Positions 39,861 through 53,574 of a stretch of DNA of 64,000 nt are shown here, piece after piece. Position 1 is the stretch's first letter, and each line of letters begins with the position of its first letter. A program made the translations under genes and the position numbers. The notes below the pieces were generated by a model. That model was not told where the DNA came from. It was given only the letters and a program-made list of their open reading frames with translations, and did not search any database. Origin of the DNA: Heterodontus francisci (Eukaryota); the NCBI RefSeq assembly GCF_036365525.1, contig NC_090421.1, forward strand, positions 6,204,725-6,268,724, in the 5' to 3' direction.

Positions 39861-40054
39861 TCGCGAAGGTGGATCAAACAAGTTCGCAGTTTGAAACCGA
39901 AGACTTTGATCATTATTAGCGAATCATAAATGTCCAAGTAAACCTTTGAAAATAAAAGTTAATTGAAGTGCATCTGTTGAGAGGAAGCTGGCAGGTTCGC
40001 CAGGGGATTCTCGTGGTTTTGTAATGCGTGGAAGCGTGCGCGTCTGTATATTCC

Positions 40055-40195
40055 TCGCCCCTTTAAATGCACTTTTCCCTGGCGGGCTCTCAATCGCTGG
40101 ATGCATCACACTCTCTGATGTCTTTCTCTCATTGGCGAGTGGCTTTTAGTAAACGACAGCCGCCGGGCGGACAAGAGAGGAACCAATCAAAAGGC
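40055..40195 (-). promoter_or_regulatory. Putative Wnt10b core promoter
   Basis: TATA-like ATTTAAA (~40062-40068), CCAAT boxes at 40131-40135 and 40183-40187 (opposite orientations) and a GC box at 40165-40170, in CpG-rich sequence ~0.75 kb upstream of the ATG. Confidence 0.55.
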
Positions 40196-40757
40196 ATCGA
40201 AGACTTGGAACTTCCCGACCACCGGGATCAGGCGGAGTGACCGCCGTTAATGCGAGCTCCTCCTTTCTCAACATCTGGTCCCGTATAACATTCAATACGC
40301 TTATTAAAATATATCCTGAAGCTTAACAGGTTGACCTTCAAGTCAACCATTATTAGCAGTACAGCGTTTAACTTAAATGACGCACTGTGCAGCTAAATAT
40401 TTTGAATTCAGAACCGAATCCAAGCATAGTTCGTTTGAAAACGATAAACACGAAAAGAGAATTCAAAAAAAGGAGCAGAGTTTGCCCATGGTATAGGTGA
40501 GTGAGTTTTGGACTCCATGCCTTTTGTGCAGATTCCCATTATTTACGTTGAGGAGCAGCGTGTTTCAAAACACATACAAAAAAACACAGGACGCCTATTG
40601 CTTTCTTGACAGTCTCTGAATATCAAAGCCATTCATTACACACGAAGCCCTTTGAGAGACGTGACAATGCATGGCACAAATGCAAGTCTTTTTATATATA
40701 TATATGTGAAAGCAGAGAAGTTGGGGGGGGGGGGGGGGGGCAAACAGCCACAAACAA

Positions 40758-41105
40758 GGGCGGCACAGTGGCGCAGTGGTTAGCACCGCAGCCTCACAGC
40801 TGCAGGGACCCGGGTTCGATTCCGGGTACTGCCTGTGTGGAGTTTGCAAGTTCTCCCTGTGTCTGTGTGGGTTTTCTCCGGGTGCTCCGGTTTCCTCCCA
40901 CAAGACTTGCAGGTTGATAGGTAAATTGGCCATTATAAATTGTCACCAGTATAGGTAGGTGGTAGGGAAATATAGGGACAGGTGGGGATGTTTGTTGGGA
41001 ATATGGGATTAGTGTAGGATTAGTATAAATGGGTGGTTGATGTTCGGCACAGACTCGGTGGGCCGAAGGGCCTGTTTCAGTGCTGTATCTCTAATCTAAT
41101 CTAAA
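40758..41105 (+). mobile_element. HE1-type V-SINE, full length
   Basis: GGGCGGCACAGTGGCGCAGTGGTTAGC A box, GGTTCGATTCC B box, V-domain, CR1-like tail ending in (CTAAT)n. Confidence 0.9.
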
Positions 41106-44100
41106 AAACCAAGGTCAGTTGTCATAAGAATGGGAAGGTGGAGGTGGCTAAAATACTGGGGACTTTGCGATGATATATAACGGCGGAGGCATGTCCAGGG
41201 CATCTGCTGCTGTGGACGGTGCGTTTAGAACAGAAACCCTTCAAGTAGAACAAAATTAACAGCTGCTTTGCTCCTGTTCTCTCTTATCGCAAGCCTCCCT
41301 CCCATCTTTAGCTGACTTGTCCACACACACTCATGGTATTGTGTTTTCAGACTGATTGTGCGTTATATAAAACTTGAGATGCCAGCATTGGGGAATTCAG
41401 TCGAGTCAGGTACAGCTGTTTCATCGATGCCGTTTTGCGGCAGTTCTGTGCCTGGTCCCATTTGAAACTCCTCTTGGCTCATTTCACACAGAGCCAGCAA
41501 GCACCATGAATTTGAATGCCCGCCGACAGATGTGGTAAAGGCAGCATTTTGAAGTCAATCGTGTTCCTCAAACCTATCAAAAATGCATGGAGTTGGGAGG
41601 GCCGGTACAGCAGTTGGCTGGGCTGCTGTACCGCTGCCCTTTCGTCTCTGCGAGCTGGGTGTGAAGCAAGCCCAGACTGATCGGGTGATAATCTCTCCCT
41701 CTCTCTCTGTTCGCCGAGAGGAGAAGATGCGAAATGATTGGGGTGCACATCAACAGCAGGGTGTGTAGCGCAACATGACATTAAGTTAGTAAACGGGAGG
41801 ATTCGCAGTGGCGGGGAAAGACTCCTTCTAAAGACATCTTGTTGGTCTGAGTTGAAGACTACTATTGTTTGTCCCTGGGACTACTTGATCCCGGGATCGA
41901 GTGCAAAACACACGAGACCTGTCATCAACTTTCCCAGAATGGAAGAACTGTAAATTTGCAACTTGGGGAGTCGTCCTTCTGATCACCAATTGTGAGCACA
42001 ATATCAAAATATCCATTTGGCAAAGGTTTTATTCTGCTGTGCATCGAGTCTGTAGCTTCTGCAAGTTCGTTATTTAAAGTTATTAACAGTCGGAATCTTT
42101 TTTTAAAAAAGAATTGACATGGTATTTAGATTAATAAAACAGCCCGTTTGTATGCATTGATCTCTGGTCAGTTTTTGATCGTGCCAACAATGGAACTCAA
42201 GGTTCAGAGTTTCAGCTCCACTGGCCATCTACTAAGTAAAGTTTATTTTACTCTGCTCAACGCCATGGCTTTATCCCAGTTTATTTTTTGGCGGGGGGGA
42301 TCATTCCCACACATGTGAGATCCGTCCCTCCATACTTAACAACGATTCAAAAATGAGGAAAAGGACGCCCAGAAAGAGTTTACCAGCCCAGGTTGGATAT
42401 CCACCTGGCTCTGATGGTGCAGGACGACTTTCTCCCGAATGGGCCTTGACCCAATATCGAATACCTTCTGGTCTGGCTTTGCAGGCCTGAATGGCGTGTC
42501 AGAACAAAGCGAACATTGTCGGCCACGGTTGACAAAAAGTAGGGGGTCCCCCTTGCAGACGCCAAGGCAGATAGGCGGGGCTTGCTATTTTATCATTGGC
42601 CATGTAAACAGCGGCGCCCAGAAACGTGTTATTTTGAGATTGTGTCGCTCAACATATACAAATAGGCCCACTAAAACCTGCAATGGTGAATATTGTACCA
42701 GGCAGTGCTAACAAGGTGGAGAAGGAACCCTGTTTGATGTGCAGCGGACTGAATAAGGAACTGTGTTATTGTGGCAGTGGTGAATGAGCATGTCTGCAGC
42801 CAGTTTAAGGCCCGTTTTAATACTTTTGTAGATCCGCGTTGGCTGCGAGGAGGACCCAATAAGTTCACCGATGTGCCATGTCCCATTATCACGGGAGCAG
42901 CCTCTTCAATTTTATGGTAGGCCACGATGTTTAAGGGATGTGCTCCCAAAATATTCAAAATCGTTGGGGGGAGGGTCCAAAATATAAACGACACGCCACT
43001 TTCTATTGCAATATACAGCTTTGCGTTGAGACAGATACTTTCTGGCATAAATATCCAAGATTCGCAAATCTTAGTCTTAAATTACTCCCGAGCATATGAA
43101 CGATAAAGACTGCTGGATGAACCTTTCCACTTGCTGTAGGAATGTTGAGTAAAACGAGTAGGCGTGAACACAAACAGGTCGTCTCACTGCTTACAGACCA
43201 TGAGCATGCCTTGTGGGGTGATTGGGAAAGTTCCCACTCCTGCAAGGCTCTTCTGAGGGTTTGGGTTAAAGCGCAGGGTTGAGCGAGAATAAGAGGGTGG
43301 CTATTCCGTGTTCCACTTCACCTGAGCCTGCTTGGAACTGATACTATAATCAGAGCATCATTCCACTGCCGAGCACTCACACCCCATAACGTAACACAAT
43401 TCAGCTGTTCCCTACTCTCGAAAAAAAAAACGATTTCGGCAACTAAAACTGAGCACTTTTCATACCTAAAATGGAATCATTTAAGCACGCAGCACATAAA
43501 AGCATGAACGCTCTGCTAACTCGGGAATCGGTTATCCTGTGCAGGAATATACTTGCTTCACGGTGATGTCTGGAATGACAATATACAAACAGGAGAATTG
43601 CGACGTTGTGCAGATTGAGGAGGAGGTGCGGTCCACACTCAACAGTTTGACAACTGACATTTTAGAAAGTTGAGGCGTTTCATCGCATGCATCTCGAAAT
43701 CGATGCAAGTGTTTTCATACATTCTGTAAGGGTGAATCTGAAAGGTCCTTCACATTACTGACATTAGTTCACCTCTTAAAAGCTCTCAAATCCAAGTACC
43801 GAAGTAAAATGACGAATCCCAAGCTTTAGACTCCCGCACTGAAATCCACAAATCGCTCCCAATTCATGGATTCATTAGTCGGATCGATTACAATACAAAC
43901 GCCACTGGGTATTTGCACAGGCGGTATGAAGCCCGAGATCGTTGATATGATTCATAAAGTGAGAAATGTTTTGTGCATTTGGATACATAGGAACGTATCT
44001 CTAATCACATTTGTCTTGCTTTGGGGGCAGAAATTACACTGACTCCTGACAGAAAGCGCTGTATGTACAACACATGAGGGAAACTCCAACTTTTGCAATT

Positions 44101-44496
44101 GTGGAAACCGAGTGATAGGAGATCAGGCGCTCTCTAACACACCTCTCCCAATTTCCTTCCCAAAGATTGCAAAATCAGGAGAAGTGTATAGCATGCGGGC
44201 ACCTACCAGCCAAAAAATAAAATAAAATGATCCTATTGTTTGTTAAACTTGGGAATGTGTTCTTGCAGATAAATACATATGTGCTTGCACACATTCATGC
44301 ACATTCACAGATGCCTGTACACAGCCTCATACAAACATCGCATACGTGCACACAACCCCGACACACACAACCCCATACACTTCTTACATACACACACACA
44401 TGCAATATTCATACATGTGACCCTTTATAGCCACGACTAACATGTACAACACACACTCCAAACACACGTACACCTTCATACACATACATGTACCCC

Positions 44497-44593
44497 GTGG
44501 AGTTGAGGTTACAATCAGATCAGCCATGATCTTGTTGAATGGCGGAGCAGGCTCGAGGGGCCGAGTGGCCTACTCCTGCTCCTAATTCGTATG
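44497..44593 (+). mobile_element. Short CR1 3' tail insertion in a CA-rich tract
   Basis: Matches the family-A tail at 9570-9640; ACATGTACCCC is repeated at 44486 and 44601. Confidence 0.75.
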
Positions 44594-46308
44594 CATACAC
44601 ACATGTACCCCCACACACATTTCAGAGACATGCATATACCCATATACATATCCTCTGTGCAAGCACATACGCAAGCATTTCACACGTACCCATACACACA
44701 GACGTGTCTGTGGTGAGAATTGTAAGTCTTACAGTCAAAGTCCCGGAACTGAAGTGCTATTTCAAACTGATATTTTGTACATTCACTGCACGTTCCCTGT
44801 GTTGCCCCCAGGTGTAGGTTGTGGAAATTCCCCAGCACTGACAGCCCTCAGTTGGCTAAGCTCAAAGCAAAGTTCAAAGAGTTATTAAGGTACACATTTT
44901 AAAATCATTTCGATGATGTAATATGGTGTAGTTGCCTAGTATTTAGCGTGTTGTCGGAGACGCTTTAGAATCACAATGTTGAGTTATATGTGAATCTCAA
45001 ATAGTAACACATCTACCGGTGGCATTTAACACACACACAATTAAGGGGCAAGAATCCTTCTGCTCACTATAGAAAAAACTAACAGTGATTTTGTAAGATA
45101 CAAATGCTTAACACGGTTCTATTAGACCACTCCACTCTTTTAATGGAAGCATATTATTTTAAATGGATTCATGTCTCCATTAAAATATTAGAGAGAGGAA
45201 CTTGGTAAGAGCCTCTTAAGTATTCATGCCACAGACAGGGCTCACAGTAATATTTACTCGTGTGTCCTCTTTTGCACAAATGATGGGATTGGGCATCAGT
45301 GTGTGATTCTCCTTCCCCATCACACACAAGCTGGAGGCCAGTGCTAACAAGCATAACCTGTTCAAATTAAAATCCCCAAGTAAATAAACCATAACAAATG
45401 ATTAAACTGGCTTCATTTTGGCTGTGACTTCTCAACGTTTTAACCAAATGCAGCAAACAAAGTGAGAATGCAAACTTTAAGGAATGTCCTTTAAGCAGGT
45501 GAGAGCTCTCATCCATTGCATTTAAGACACGTATCTGGCCTTGTAGCTGGATGACAAAACATTGAGACCTATAGATCGGTGCATGTCTATACAGCTAGAG
45601 AGCTGTGTTCACATATATAAATTCTATCACAGATAACTGGACATGCACAGTCCCACACATTAAAGCCAGGTGGAAATGCACCCCTATTTATCGACATGTA
45701 TGCACACAATCTAATCTTATACAAATACTGAAACCAAGAGAGTTACAGACCCAGGTATGGTAAAGCACTCACATAGAATGCCAGAACTCTGAAATGCTCT
45801 CATACTTAATCCTAAAGAGCTGTATGTACTTGTTAAGTCTGGAATACCTGCTGAGGACCACCATACCAAAGTAATGAGCTATCCATCATCATTGAAAACC
45901 GATCTCTAACCTTAATACTCCAAGTATGCCTAAGGTACCCCAGCAGGCAGCCTTCATTCTAAACACGAAAGACCAGCCCAGAGTCAATCGCCTCCCAACC
46001 ATAAGGTGTCACCAGGTTACCGACCCATCGCCACTTTGAACTTTTCGTTTTATGGTATTAACAAAGGAGGTTTGCTTGATTTTACTGTGCAATATAAATA
46101 TGCACATACCCACACTCATATACACACAGACACACTCATATACACATGCACATACCTACATACATACACACAACCATGCTCATACACACAAAATCACACA
46201 TTCACACGCTCATTCGCGTACCATCTCAAAGCTCGTGCATGCAGACACAGAAACTCCGCACAGCCACACCCAACCAAGGTGCAAAAGGCTGAAATCTTTT
46301 CCATTCCA

Positions 46309-46314
46309 TTTATT
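46309..46314 (-). other. Candidate Wnt6 polyadenylation signal
   Basis: AATAAA on the minus strand ~660 nt after the stop, preceded by AU-rich sequence and followed by a long TG-rich tract; a second AATAAA is at 46907-46912. Confidence 0.5.
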
Positions 46315-46976
46315 ATGCAGAAATTTCTATATTTCCTGTACAAATATCCAATAAATGAAAAATAAACCACTTGATCTAAAAAGTAAACTTTTTTTTAAAT
46401 AACCAATTTTCACATCTAATGCTACCCAGCATGAACTCTATGAACATTAGGACGCCATGATGCAATGCTCAACTTGATCTCTTGCTGACATGCTGACCTG
46501 CGCAGCGTTTTCTAATGATCCGTGGGGCCGGATTGACAGAATCTTTCAACATTTTACAATAATACAAAAATAGTTCTCTATGTGTTCAGTAAGAAATTAT
46601 ATATGATTTCCTTTAATCATTTATAGCTCTTCTATGCTGTAACATGCACCTCCTCCCCCATATGTCTTCCCACAATGGGTTGTACTTTGCAAAATTGCTG
46701 AATGTTCTCATTATTGATATGAAGAGTGGACATTATAAAATTGTTCCTTTTCAAAACTGTTTGTAATCCTTCTGACTAGTAGAAACGTGCCAGGTAATTC
46801 TCTGCCATTATATTCTTGCCTGGGACTTTTTTTGCACTCGGGCGAGAATTTCCTGTAACTTCCTCCTCCTCCCATCCAAAATGTTTGCTCTTTGGACAAT
46901 ATACGTTTTATTTTGGAATTTAAGTTTAATGTAAGTTCCAGGTATGTCTTATTTTGTTGATGGGGTTCCATCTTGG

Positions 46977-47438
46977 CTACACGCAGATACTGAGTTCCTT
47001 TCGGACAGTACATCGTTTGCACTGCACCACACAACACCAATGGAACCGACACTGGCAGTTCTCCTGGAAGGTCACCGTCTCGTCCCGGTGCCCCCGGCCA
47101 CAGCATAGCAGGTCACAGCCGCTGACGTCCATCGCTGTGCCGTTACATACCCTGCCCCGTGTCCCTGGTGAACCGGTCCGCCTGTTGGGCAGGCAGAAAT
47201 CGGGGGACTCTGCAGAATAAATCAGGTCCTGTCTATCTGGCTGTTTGATGTTGTGCCCCACCGGGATCAGTGTCTTTCCGTCATTGCCACCCATCACCTT
47301 GAAGGCGCCATTGAAACGGTCCAAGAGGCGGTCGCCAATCTCGCGGAAATGGGGCATTTTCTTCCAGCAAGTTTTGACTGCACAGGAGCCGGACAACCCA
47401 TGACATTTACACTCGGTCCTCATGTAATTCTTAATCAT
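46977..47438 (-). CDS. wnt6: Wnt6 coding exon 4 (terminal)
   Basis: TTTCAG acceptor; ECKCHGLSGSC (lipidated Ser motif)...CDLLCCGRG...CRFHWCCVVQC...ELSICV-stop. Total CDS 1062 nt, 353 aa. Confidence 0.97.
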   Translation of the reverse strand: MIKNYMRTECKCHGLSGSCAVKTCWKKMPHFREIGDRLLDRFNGAFKVMGGNDGKTLIPVGHNIKQPDRQDLIYSAESPDFCLPNRRTGSPGTRGRVCNGTAMDVSGCDLLCCGRGHRDETVTFQENCQCRFHWCCVVQCKRCTVRKELSICV

Positions 47439-47629
47439 CTGAAATTAAACAGCAAATCGAAGAGAGAGAAAAGCAAAACTTTAAAAAGGTATTCCTTTAA
47501 TACAGATTTACTGTCGCGGAGATAAAAATTGCATTCAATTAATTGACTGGAAACGATGGAAGCTTGATCCACACAAGAAATTGATCTTACACATTGACAT
47601 TGTGGTTATTGTCAAAGATGAAATTTCGT

Positions 47630-47865
47630 TAAAATAAGAGATGTTTGAAAAGCTGGTTAAATACATGAGGGCAAAAGGAATAGAAGGCTGATAGAGTTAA
47701 GGCAGGAGGAGGCTTGTGTGGAGCATAAACACCAGCATAGATCTGTTGGGCCAAATTACATGGAGTCCACAGCACAGAAACAGGCCATTCGGCCCAACAG
47801 GTCGATGCTGGCATTTATGCTGCACACAAGTCTCCTCCCACCTTTTCTGTGCTGTAAATCTATGT
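47630..47865. mobile_element. CR1 3' tail fragments in both orientations
   Basis: Plus-strand tail interrupted by a minus-strand tail copy. Confidence 0.6.
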
Positions 47866-48540
47866 AAAAAGTCAACTTAAGGGAAAGATGATCTTGTAAG
47901 AGGTGACTTAGGAATTAATGCTCTCAAAGTTTGTGCTCCATTTACTAAGTTAATGTTCAATAAAAGTGTCCTGGTGTACACAGTACTTATTTTTTGCAAG
48001 TGGGTCAGCTGATCCACCCCCCATTCCCCCTCCCCCCGATGCTATTACAAAAGAAGATTTCAACTCAGCTATTGGTTGATGAAGACACTAGACCTCTGCA
48101 TCACCGTCACGGTCCTCTTGGACAACTGGAAGCACTTTAGAATTTGTCTTGTAAACACAGAAGAGTTGAATATGTAGTTGAGAACATTGTTAGCCAGTGG
48201 CGGAAAGATTGGACCAGGTACAAGCTTCCATTTTAAAAAAAACACACATTTCAAGGGTCCTAAGTGGTTCTCCAACACATATAATACTGATATGTACAAG
48301 CATATGTACTTGGAAATATAGTCACATCTATTCATGGGTGCAAACTCTCACAAATATACGTGCCTATCTATACTAAATACTTTGGGTCTGTGCACACTTT
48401 GTCTTCATTATAAATTCCTATGTTCACAAGTGTAATGGAAACGGTTTATATTTGTCTCTGTAGTTGTACTTCCCTCCCCCGACCAGTGAGGATACTGTAG
48501 TGACACCATTGGTGGGAGTGTGTAATTGCAGCATATTGGC

Positions 48541-49295
48541 ATATTCCATTATAAATGTGGACATAGAAATTTATAATGAAATATATATAAAATAGTACAT
48601 ATGACTTTGCAATAAATTTACAATTATATCTGCCCGCCCTGGTTCAATTACACCCACCCTCTAACTCTGCTCCACCTGAAGACTATACTTGGTCGCCACT
48701 CCACATGTGCAATGCCCCCTGAAAGACTGACTAGTAATATGTATTTTTAATTGTCTGCCTACACTTACTGACAATTTTTTCCCCCGGTTAAAACTTATGT
48801 CCAGATTTACAAAATCTGAACTTGTCATGTTGCAATGACACCCTCCTGCCTGTGGTGGTGCTGCAGTGCCTTCACTTGAGGCTATGGGAGAAAAATGGTC
48901 AGGGCCATGACAGGAGCATTCACATCTGGCCTGTCAGATTGTTAATAAGCCTGAGAATATTTCCACTACTTCATACTATTCTCCAAGGGAAGAGTGCAAA
49001 GATACAAAAACAATGCCCATGCCATCCTGGCAGACTGTTAATCAGCCTGAGAATCCTTCCACCACTTGACACTATCCTTCAAGGAAAGAGTGTGAAGATG
49101 CAAAGGTGTAATTATAGTGTGACAAGTGAACACAGACAGTTTTCATTATAAATGTGGTCATAGGAATTTATAATGGAAATATATAGGTAAGGGAGAAATG
49201 ATCACTTTAACGTGGGGATTCAATTATGTCTGGATCCCCTGGTCCAATTACCTTCAGCCTCTAATGCCATTTCACCTGAAGACTACACTTGATCT
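48541..49295. repeat. Nested local duplications with palindromes
   Basis: ~150-bp direct repeats (48543-48695, 49141-49295) flank a 78-bp pair (48931-49008, 49027-49104). Confidence 0.8.
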
Positions 49296-49384
49296 TACAT
49301 GAGCAATCGACCAGTGCATATGTATTTCATATGTGTATATATTTATACATATTCAGATAAAGTTTTGAAAAGCATACATACACA

Positions 49385-49715
49385 CAACTCTCCAAGCCTC
49401 TTTTGACAGCATCTTCCAAATCTCGGACCTCTACCATCTAGAAGAACAAGGGCAGCAGACACATGGGAACACCACCACTTGCAAGTTCCCCTCAAAGCCA
49501 CACACCATCCTGACTTGGAACTATATCTCCGTTCCTTCACTGTCGCTGGGTCAAACACCTGGAACTCCCTTCCTAACAGCATTGTGGATGTTCCTACCCC
49601 ACATGGACTGCAGTGGTTCAAGAGGATGGCTCACCACCACCTTCTCAAGGGCAATTAGGGATGGGCAACAAATGCTGACCTTGCCAGCGATGCTCACATC
49701 TCATGAAAGAATAAA
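49385..49715 (+). mobile_element. CR1-group LINE family B 3' end
   Basis: Same sequence as 8822-9150 in the opposite orientation. Confidence 0.85.
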
Positions 49716-49746
49716 AAATGGAGAGAGACAGAGACACAGAGGGAGA

Positions 49747-50180
49747 GAACTTGCATCTATATAGCGCCTTTCACAACACCTTAAAGTGCTTTACAGCCAG
49801 TGAGTTAGTCACTATTGTAATGTAATGTGTAGGGAAATAGAGCAGCCAATTTACACATTGCAAGGTCCCACAAACAGCAATGTAATAATGACCATATAAT
49901 CTGTTTCAGTAGTGTTGGTTGAGGGATAAATATTGTCCAGGACATGGGAAAGAATTCACTTGCTCTTCTTGAGTAGGATATTTTACATCCACCTGGTAGT
50001 GTAGATGAGGCCTCAGCTTAACGTCGCACCAAAGATGGCACCTCCAAAAATGCAGCACTCCTCAATATGGCACTGAAGTGTCAAGTCCATATTATATGCT
50101 CAAGTTTCTGGAGTGGAACTTGCACACATAATCCTTCGGATGCAGAGTCAAGAGTGCTACTACTGAGCAAGGCTGACACC
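49747..50180 (-). mobile_element. Deu-domain SINE, near full length
   Basis: Reverse complement of 1722-2160, including the head. Confidence 0.8.
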
Positions 50181-50649
50181 TTGCTTAATATTACTTATAG
50201 AGGTCACAGATGAATAGGAAATTGCTAAGGCTGTGAGGAAAACCTGGGAGCAGTAATAGGGCAACTGTACATCATATCAAATATTTTGCAAGATGTTACA
50301 TGATCATGGTATGGTGGGGGGGGGGGGGGGGGGGGTGCAGTGATTTGTGCTGGTTGCTTTGTGTTGGCCTTATTGTAAACAGAGAAGATTTCCTCTACTT
50401 GTTATTTATAGTGAAATTATAAATGCATTATTTTGAAGACATATAACGAATGCACAAAGTCTTGCCCTTATGCTCTGCTGTTACTAACATGTGCATTGTA
50501 CAATCTCAATCCCATAATTCCAGTAAATGCTCCTGAAGCAGAGAAAATTTGCTCCTCCCCAGTAGACCCCCTTTTCCATGAGATCCTCTAGTGCAGCAAC
50601 ATTGTAAATCCATATTGGAGATTCCTTTTGGCATTTCTTGCAAACTCAA

Positions 50650-51075
50650 ATATGTGAGCTAAAAGAGCATGTTCTGAAAGATGTGTGTCTGTACTTTCCA
50701 AAAAACTAGTCCTAAATTGTCATGTAGGACTGTTCTTAAAGGACATGTTCATAGGTTCCATAATGTGATTGTTGTTGTCAAGGAATAACATGTACTTAAA
50801 GAATATTCACAAGTTCAAAAAGTGTATTCTGAAATAATGTGTTCTAAAAGAATGTTTACATGTCCTAAAACACATGTTGCAAAATACGTCTTCTGTTCTA
50901 GAAAATGTGTTCTAAAAGATTGTTTGTGCTTCAACAGAACATTTACAAGTACAAAAATATATTTAAAAGAATGTGTTTCTGTGGTCTAAATGAACATATT
51001 TAAATGTCCCAAGAGAATATTTACATGGTCTAAAAATGTTTGTGCTCTAAAATAATGTGCTGCAAAAATATGTTT
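50650..51075 (+). repeat. Degenerate AT-rich minisatellite
   Basis: Recurrent ATGTGTTCTAAAAGA-like units. Confidence 0.6.
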
Positions 51076-53574
51076 ATGATTTACTAGGAGTACTAAACAA
51101 AGGAAATCTTCACTATCACGCTTAAAATGTTTCTACACATTGCAGCCACAAGAATTCTTACCCCCACATGAGTTGACTACCTTAACAACCACACACTCAC
51201 AGTTGACAGCAAAAGATTGCTTTAGATAAACACATATCTTCAGTACAGTGCAGGCAATCGGCTCTTTTTAAAGTCCAACATTGAAAATATTTGTAACAAA
51301 TTACTTTACCTGTATTTAGTAATCCAGGGAATCATAAATTCTCTGTGTTGGCTCATTCTGCAGACATGGGCACTGACCTGAGACAATGAATTTTCTGTGT
51401 CCCAATCTACATATCAGGTCCATCAGCAACTTCAATCTATCCTTCAATTGTTTCTATTCAGGTCTGTTATGCATTTTGCAATGAGATTATCTAGGTTTGC
51501 TATACCTGTAATTGGATTTTCTTTCATTGAAAATTTACTTGATAAAAATATTTTAGCAAGATTTGAATAGGTAAACAGCTGAACTATTAAGCATGTTACA
51601 GATAATCAAGGCATTGGTTGTGAACATGTAGTGCACCAGAATTCTGTACACTCTGTAGCTTTGTAAATATTTGCAAAAGTAAAAGTTTAATTGCATATTG
51701 GACATTAAGAGTCCCAAACCTTAAGCTACTTACAATGGGTGGCTTTTTACTGCAACTTTAACATTTCACACAAGTCTCTGTTTAACTGTCATGATGCTAA
51801 ATTTTGACATAGAATCCAATAAACAAAAAACTACTGATTACACAATTTTTGTAATCTCCTCTTACAAAACCAAAAAGAGCAAAATGTTTCCATGTTCTGT
51901 AGTTATATTACTATTGAGTCCTATACTTAGAAATTACAATTGCTGATATCTTCAGATCAAACCTTAACATATTGTTGTGACATTTTAATATAGGGATTAA
52001 CCAATTTAGTTGAAATGGGTGATGGTTCCACAAAAAATAATTGGGATGGCATTTTTTTGTTTTAGTTTACATTTTCCTCTTTAGTCTTTAGCTTCAGAGG
52101 AGTTTGACAGCATGAAGTGGTTTCCAGGCAACCCTAAAATCAATATAGAAATAAGTAGAAGTTTAACTGTTGTGTGGTCAACAGCAATATACTGAAGTGA
52201 AAATTAGATCTTGAAGGCTGAAGAAAGAATGCAGAATGATTTAAGTTATGGTGCCACAATTTTATGTTGAAAATTAGTTGGGCAAGGAGATTGACAAATG
52301 AGAAGGTCCTTGCGCTAGTACAAGAGAGAAGTGATGTGTATTAAAGATGATACATAGTTGGCACATTGGGGTAGTTCTTTTGTGTTCATTGCCAAGGCAT
52401 TAAGCATTGCCTGGGCAGAGTGGAGAAAGGGAAATCTGATGAGGAGGATTACCACACTTGAATTTACTTCCATTGAAATTAATTTAGAAGAGAAGTCTAA
52501 AAATCTACAATAAGCACTTTACCAATTGAAAGGCTAACAAGCATTTGAAAACCATCACCACACAACCTCTGACCTGAAATGAATAATAGACATTTATTCA
52601 CAGACACATTTCAATTATGGAACTGTATAAGTGGGGCTGTACGAACATATATTTTCACACAGTGCATAAGCACAGTGTCCTTTCACTTCTGTCATTTAGA
52701 TTGGAATCCAGCCCAGACAGATTGGGTTTATCTTGTTTCTGAGAAGGGACTGAGTAGTGCAGTGACTGAGATCACTGTCCTTTTACCTCTGGGACTTGGA
52801 TACAAATCCCTACCCCAGAATGAAGCACTGAAGGTATTGTACCCTTCTCTTTCTGAGTTTGGACTGTGTAATTATAACACTCTTCTCCACCTCTGGGGTT
52901 GAATGAATCCAAGCCAGGCAAATAAGATATAAGTTTCCTGTTTCTAATATCTGTAAGTGTCTACAATTAAATTAGTTTCTGCCAGGTTCAGATCAGTTCC
53001 CTATAAATCAGATTTCCCAGAAAGTCATCAAATAATAGAATGATTCACAATTTTAACTTTTAATGGGTTCTACCACAGATACACAGTATACAATGCTAAT
53101 TTTGCAATGTGGTATTTCTCGAGTTTGAATTAACACTGGTCTTGTAGATACATCTTTTACATCATTTCTACAGCAATGTTTAAATGAGCATTTAAACAAA
53201 GTACAAAATTCAATTTAAATCAACAGTACATTGCAACCCTATGAAAGATGAATGGATACAGCAGTTACTAAAAGCAGGTATTAAAATGAGTAGGGTCACC
53301 AGCCCAGTTAAACACTGAAATGTTCCATGTTTGATATTTACTCAGGTATTAGTGAGGGAGAAATCGACTGACTAAATCAACAGAGGTTGTCCAATGAACT
53401 AGTCTGCTCCTTTTGATGATAGGGGATGAATAATATGCATCATCTAACCTAATGAACATTTTGATATCTTTTATTCAGCTTTAATACTTTGTTCATTACC
53501 AATGTACCTCCGCATTGAAAAGAAGTTCTGTAATTTAATGGAGGCGGAGCACAGAGAGCAAGCAGCACAAGAAC

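Noticed and set aside
39547-39929. Ser/Leu-rich ORFs
   Set aside because: Translations of the CT microsatellite.
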